DNA from: Candidatus Auribacterota bacterium
GTDB lineage: Bacteria; Auribacterota; UBA6266
Direction of reading: 5' to 3'
Assembly: GCA_023136205.1 (NCBI GenBank)
Contig: JAGLRQ010000062.1
Location: forward strand, 1 to 6,869
DNA: 6,869 nt
Shown here: positions 4,457-6,869 of the stretch, piece by piece
Numbering within the stretch: the first letter of the stretch is position 1
Layout: each line of letters starts with the position of its first letter
The notes under the pieces: generated by a model
Told to the model about the DNA's origin: nothing
The model's input: only the letters and a program-made list of their open reading frames with translations
Database searches by the model: none
Program-made: the position numbers and the translations under genes

Positions 4457-6829
4457 ATGCCCCCTTCTAAGAAAAAACGCGAAAAAAAAACTGAATCCAG
4501 GGAAGTTGTTGCCATTGTCCTTGCTTTGCTGACCGTTATTTTTCTGTGTTTACTTTTCTCTTACGACCCTTCTGATGTAAGCGCGAATACGTCCAGCCCT
4601 AATAACCCGGCTAAAAACATAGTTGGCATTGTCGGCGCCTGGGTCGCGTACGCGTGGATCTTTTTATTCGGGTTCGGCGCGTATCTTATTCCTATTATGC
4701 TTGGCGGGTGGGCGACAGCTATTTTCCGCGATAAAACAATAGATTTTCTTAAAGTCGCGTATTGCTGTTTAATTTTGATTATGGCGTCGGCAATTTTTAA
4801 TAACGCCTCGGGTTTATATAATTTGGCTGAAAGGTTGTTAGGCCAGAGGCTGGCAGGCGGAATAATCGGCCAGACATTTGCTTACATAATAATGAAATAC
4901 CTGGGCTTTGTTGGTGGCACCATCCTGATTATTTCTATTTTACTGGTCACAGTATTTCTTCTGACTGAAGTTCAGGCTTATCCGATCTTAAAAAAAATAT
5001 GGGAGTATTGTAAAAAACTTGGCTGTAAAGCGGGGGAAATGATTAAAGCTGTGTTTTTTGAAACCTCTGCTTCTAAAAATGTTCAAGGGAAGGTTCAGGA
5101 TAAAGAACCCGCGAAGGAAAGCCTGTTTAAGTTCCCGTTTCGGGATAAAAAAGAGGAACCGAAAAAGCCTGTGATTTCCCCCGAAAAAATAAAGATAAGC
5201 CACACCACACTGCCTGAAAAATTATTAAGGTCAAAGAAAAAGAAAATAGAGGAAAATACCCCTCCTTTGTTTTCTGTTCCTGTATCGGTAAAACCTTCAA
5301 ATGTTTCTGCTGACGATGTTCCGGTTTTATCATCAAAAGGCGAGAAAAAGTTTGAGATTCCCAAAGATGAACTGCTTGATGACCCCAGGATCGTTAGCGG
5401 TGGCGGGAAGGAAGAAATACAGGAAAACGCGGAAATTCTTGTCCAGGTACTGACGGATTTCGGCATAGAAGTTACTGTTGAAGAGATAACCAAGGGCCCT
5501 TCCGTGACCCGTTACGAAATCAGGCCGGCTCCGGGGGTAGGAGTAAGCAAGATAAAGTCTAAGGAGCATGATATAGCTCTTGCTATGAGTGCTTCCAGCA
5601 TAAGAATAGTCGCGCCCATTCCCGGAAAAGCTGCTGTGGGGATAGAGGTTCCTAATAAAGGCCGCCATAGCGTTTGCATGAAAGAAGTCCGGTTTTCCGA
5701 AGAGTATAAATATTTTGAAGGCAGCATCCCTATAGCCATAGGCAAAGATGTTGCCGGGATGCCTGTTATCGGGGATCTTTCTCAGATGCCTCATGTTTTG
5801 ATTGCCGGCGCCACAGGTTCGGGGAAAACGGTGTGTATCAATGCTCTGATCATGTCTATTCTTATGAGCCAGACTCCTGAACAGGTGAAAATGCTGTTGA
5901 TTGACCCTAAAATGGTTGAGTTAAAAAAATATAACGGCATACCTCATTTGATTTCTCCTGTAATAACAAACGCTAAAAAGGCCGTTACGGGGCTGCACTG
6001 GGCCGTTAAAGAGATGGAAAAGAGATTTAATCTTTTTTCAAAAGTGGGTGTTAACGATATTGTAAGGTTTAACGGCAGGGATTTGTCCATGCAGAGTGCT
6101 TTTGTCGAGAAGGATGGGGAAGAAGAAAGTGTTCCGAACAGGCTGCCTTATATCGTAATCCTGATTGATGAACTGGCGGATTTAATGATGACCGCTTCGG
6201 TTGATGTTGAGACTTCTATAGTAAGATTGGCTCAACTTTCAAGGGCTGTGGGCATACATCTTGTTGTAGCGACGCAGAGGCCGTCTGTTGATGTTATAAC
6301 AGGCCTGATAAAAGCCAATTTCCCTGTGAGGATAGCTTTTGAAGTTTCCAGTAAAGTAGATTCAAGAACCATTCTTGATGGAAACGGCGCGGAAGCTCTT
6401 CTTGGCAAGGGTGATTTATTATACAATCCTCCCGGAAGCTCTAAGCTGGTCAGGGCTCAGGGGGTAATGGTTTCAGACAAAGAAATAAAGAAAGTTATAC
6501 ATTACTGGAAACAACAGGGGGTGGAGGAACATTCCGAAGATATAATTTCCGCGCTGGAAACGAAATCAAATGCCCTCGATTATGAAGATGACTTATATGA
6601 TGAAGCTGTTAGAATCGTTCTTAATCATGGACAGGCTTCAGCTTCGGTTTTGCAGAGAAGGTTAAGGATCGGATACGCGAGAGCCGCGAGGCTTGTTGAT
6701 ATTATGGAAGATAAAGGCATAGTCGGTTCTCACAGGGGGAGTAAAGGCCGGGAAATTTTAGTTGATACAAATGAATATTTCAGCAAAGATGTTTCCACAA
6801 GTGATGATATTAATGACAAAAAAGATTAG
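4457..6829 (+). CDS. ftsK: DNA translocase FtsK/SpoIIIE
   Basis: 790 aa. The basic N-terminus is followed by about four hydrophobic transmembrane segments (residues about 17-175). A K/E/P-rich low-complexity linker follows at about nt 5040-5450. The motor domain has Walker A GATGSGKT (nt 5807-5830), Walker B IVILIDELAD (nt 6152-6181) and VVATQRPSVDVITG. The C-terminal winged-helix gamma domain is ASASVLQRRLRIGYARAARLVDIMEDKGIVG (about nt 6595-6765). Confidence 0.95.
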   Translation: MPPSKKKREKKTESREVVAIVLALLTVIFLCLLFSYDPSDVSANTSSPNNPAKNIVGIVGAWVAYAWIFLFGFGAYLIPIMLGGWATAIFRDKTIDFLKVAYCCLILIMASAIFNNASGLYNLAERLLGQRLAGGIIGQTFAYIIMKYLGFVGGTILIISILLVTVFLLTEVQAYPILKKIWEYCKKLGCKAGEMIKAVFFETSASKNVQGKVQDKEPAKESLFKFPFRDKKEEPKKPVISPEKIKISHTTLPEKLLRSKKKKIEENTPPLFSVPVSVKPSNVSADDVPVLSSKGEKKFEIPKDELLDDPRIVSGGGKEEIQENAEILVQVLTDFGIEVTVEEITKGPSVTRYEIRPAPGVGVSKIKSKEHDIALAMSASSIRIVAPIPGKAAVGIEVPNKGRHSVCMKEVRFSEEYKYFEGSIPIAIGKDVAGMPVIGDLSQMPHVLIAGATGSGKTVCINALIMSILMSQTPEQVKMLLIDPKMVELKKYNGIPHLISPVITNAKKAVTGLHWAVKEMEKRFNLFSKVGVNDIVRFNGRDLSMQSAFVEKDGEEESVPNRLPYIVILIDELADLMMTASVDVETSIVRLAQLSRAVGIHLVVATQRPSVDVITGLIKANFPVRIAFEVSSKVDSRTILDGNGAEALLGKGDLLYNPPGSSKLVRAQGVMVSDKEIKKVIHYWKQQGVEEHSEDIISALETKSNALDYEDDLYDEAVRIVLNHGQASASVLQRRLRIGYARAARLVDIMEDKGIVGSHRGSKGREILVDTNEYFSKDVSTSDDINDKKD

Positions 6830-6846
6830 AAATTTTAGGAACTTGG

Positions 6847-6869
6847 ATGTCTGGAAAAATTGGAAAAAT
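6847..6869 (+). CDS. Possible start of the next gene (MSGKIGK...), truncated by the window end; product unknown
   Basis: The ATG at 6847 is preceded by AGGAA (6837-6841) at 5-nt spacing, 17 nt after the ftsK stop, on the same strand. Only 7 codons are visible, so neither coding status nor identity can be judged. Confidence 0.2.

Noticed and set aside
4482-4490. An A9 homopolymer sits at codons 10-12 of ftsK and could act as a slipped-strand phase-variation tract.
   Set aside because: It encodes the lysine-rich cytoplasmic N-terminal tail (KKKREKKT) that is typical of FtsK. ftsK is a core division gene, not a contingency locus, and a single 9-mer in AT-rich DNA is unremarkable.
4129-6426. Minus-strand ORFs lie antisense to dut (4129..4386) and to ftsK (4988..5203, 5095..5493, 5127..5336, 5333..5794, 5512..5745, 6232..6426).
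   Set aside because: Same reasoning as above. Several are mutually overlapping in different frames, which a real gene set would not be. None has a recognisable fold signature.
1-6869. I searched for CRISPR repeats, IS or transposon ends, integrase or att-like sites, toxin-antitoxin pairs and defence genes.
   Set aside because: There are no spaced direct repeats and no terminal inverted repeats flanking any segment. No recombinase or transposase-like translation appears in any frame. No unassigned coding capacity remains once the six housekeeping genes are placed.

Overview
The window holds six co-directional (+ strand) housekeeping genes, all recognisable from their translated sequences. In order they are truB (5'-truncated), ribF, rpsO, pnp, dut and ftsK. 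A seventh gene may start in the last 23 nt. Gene packing is tight: truB/ribF overlap by 32 nt, the rpsO-pnp spacer is 15 nt, and pnp/dut share a 4-nt ATGA overlap. Only two non-coding stretches of real size exist, 1362-1510 upstream of rpsO and 4348-4456 upstream of ftsK. I see no mobile element, CRISPR array, tRNA/rRNA gene, defence-type gene, pseudogene or frameshift. By eye there is no compositional break that would suggest an island. I therefore do not find a novel multi-gene system here. The only structure not explained by the annotated genes lies in the two spacers. The rpsO leader has three copies of GCGATAT, including two self-complementary GCGATATC copies, and may be an S15 autoregulatory RNA. 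The dut-ftsK spacer has a duplicated, nested palindromic motif. All the long minus-strand ORFs in the track look like shadow ORFs of the purine-rich sense genes. The organism cannot be assigned from this window. The truB-ribF-rpsO-pnp order is widely conserved in bacteria.
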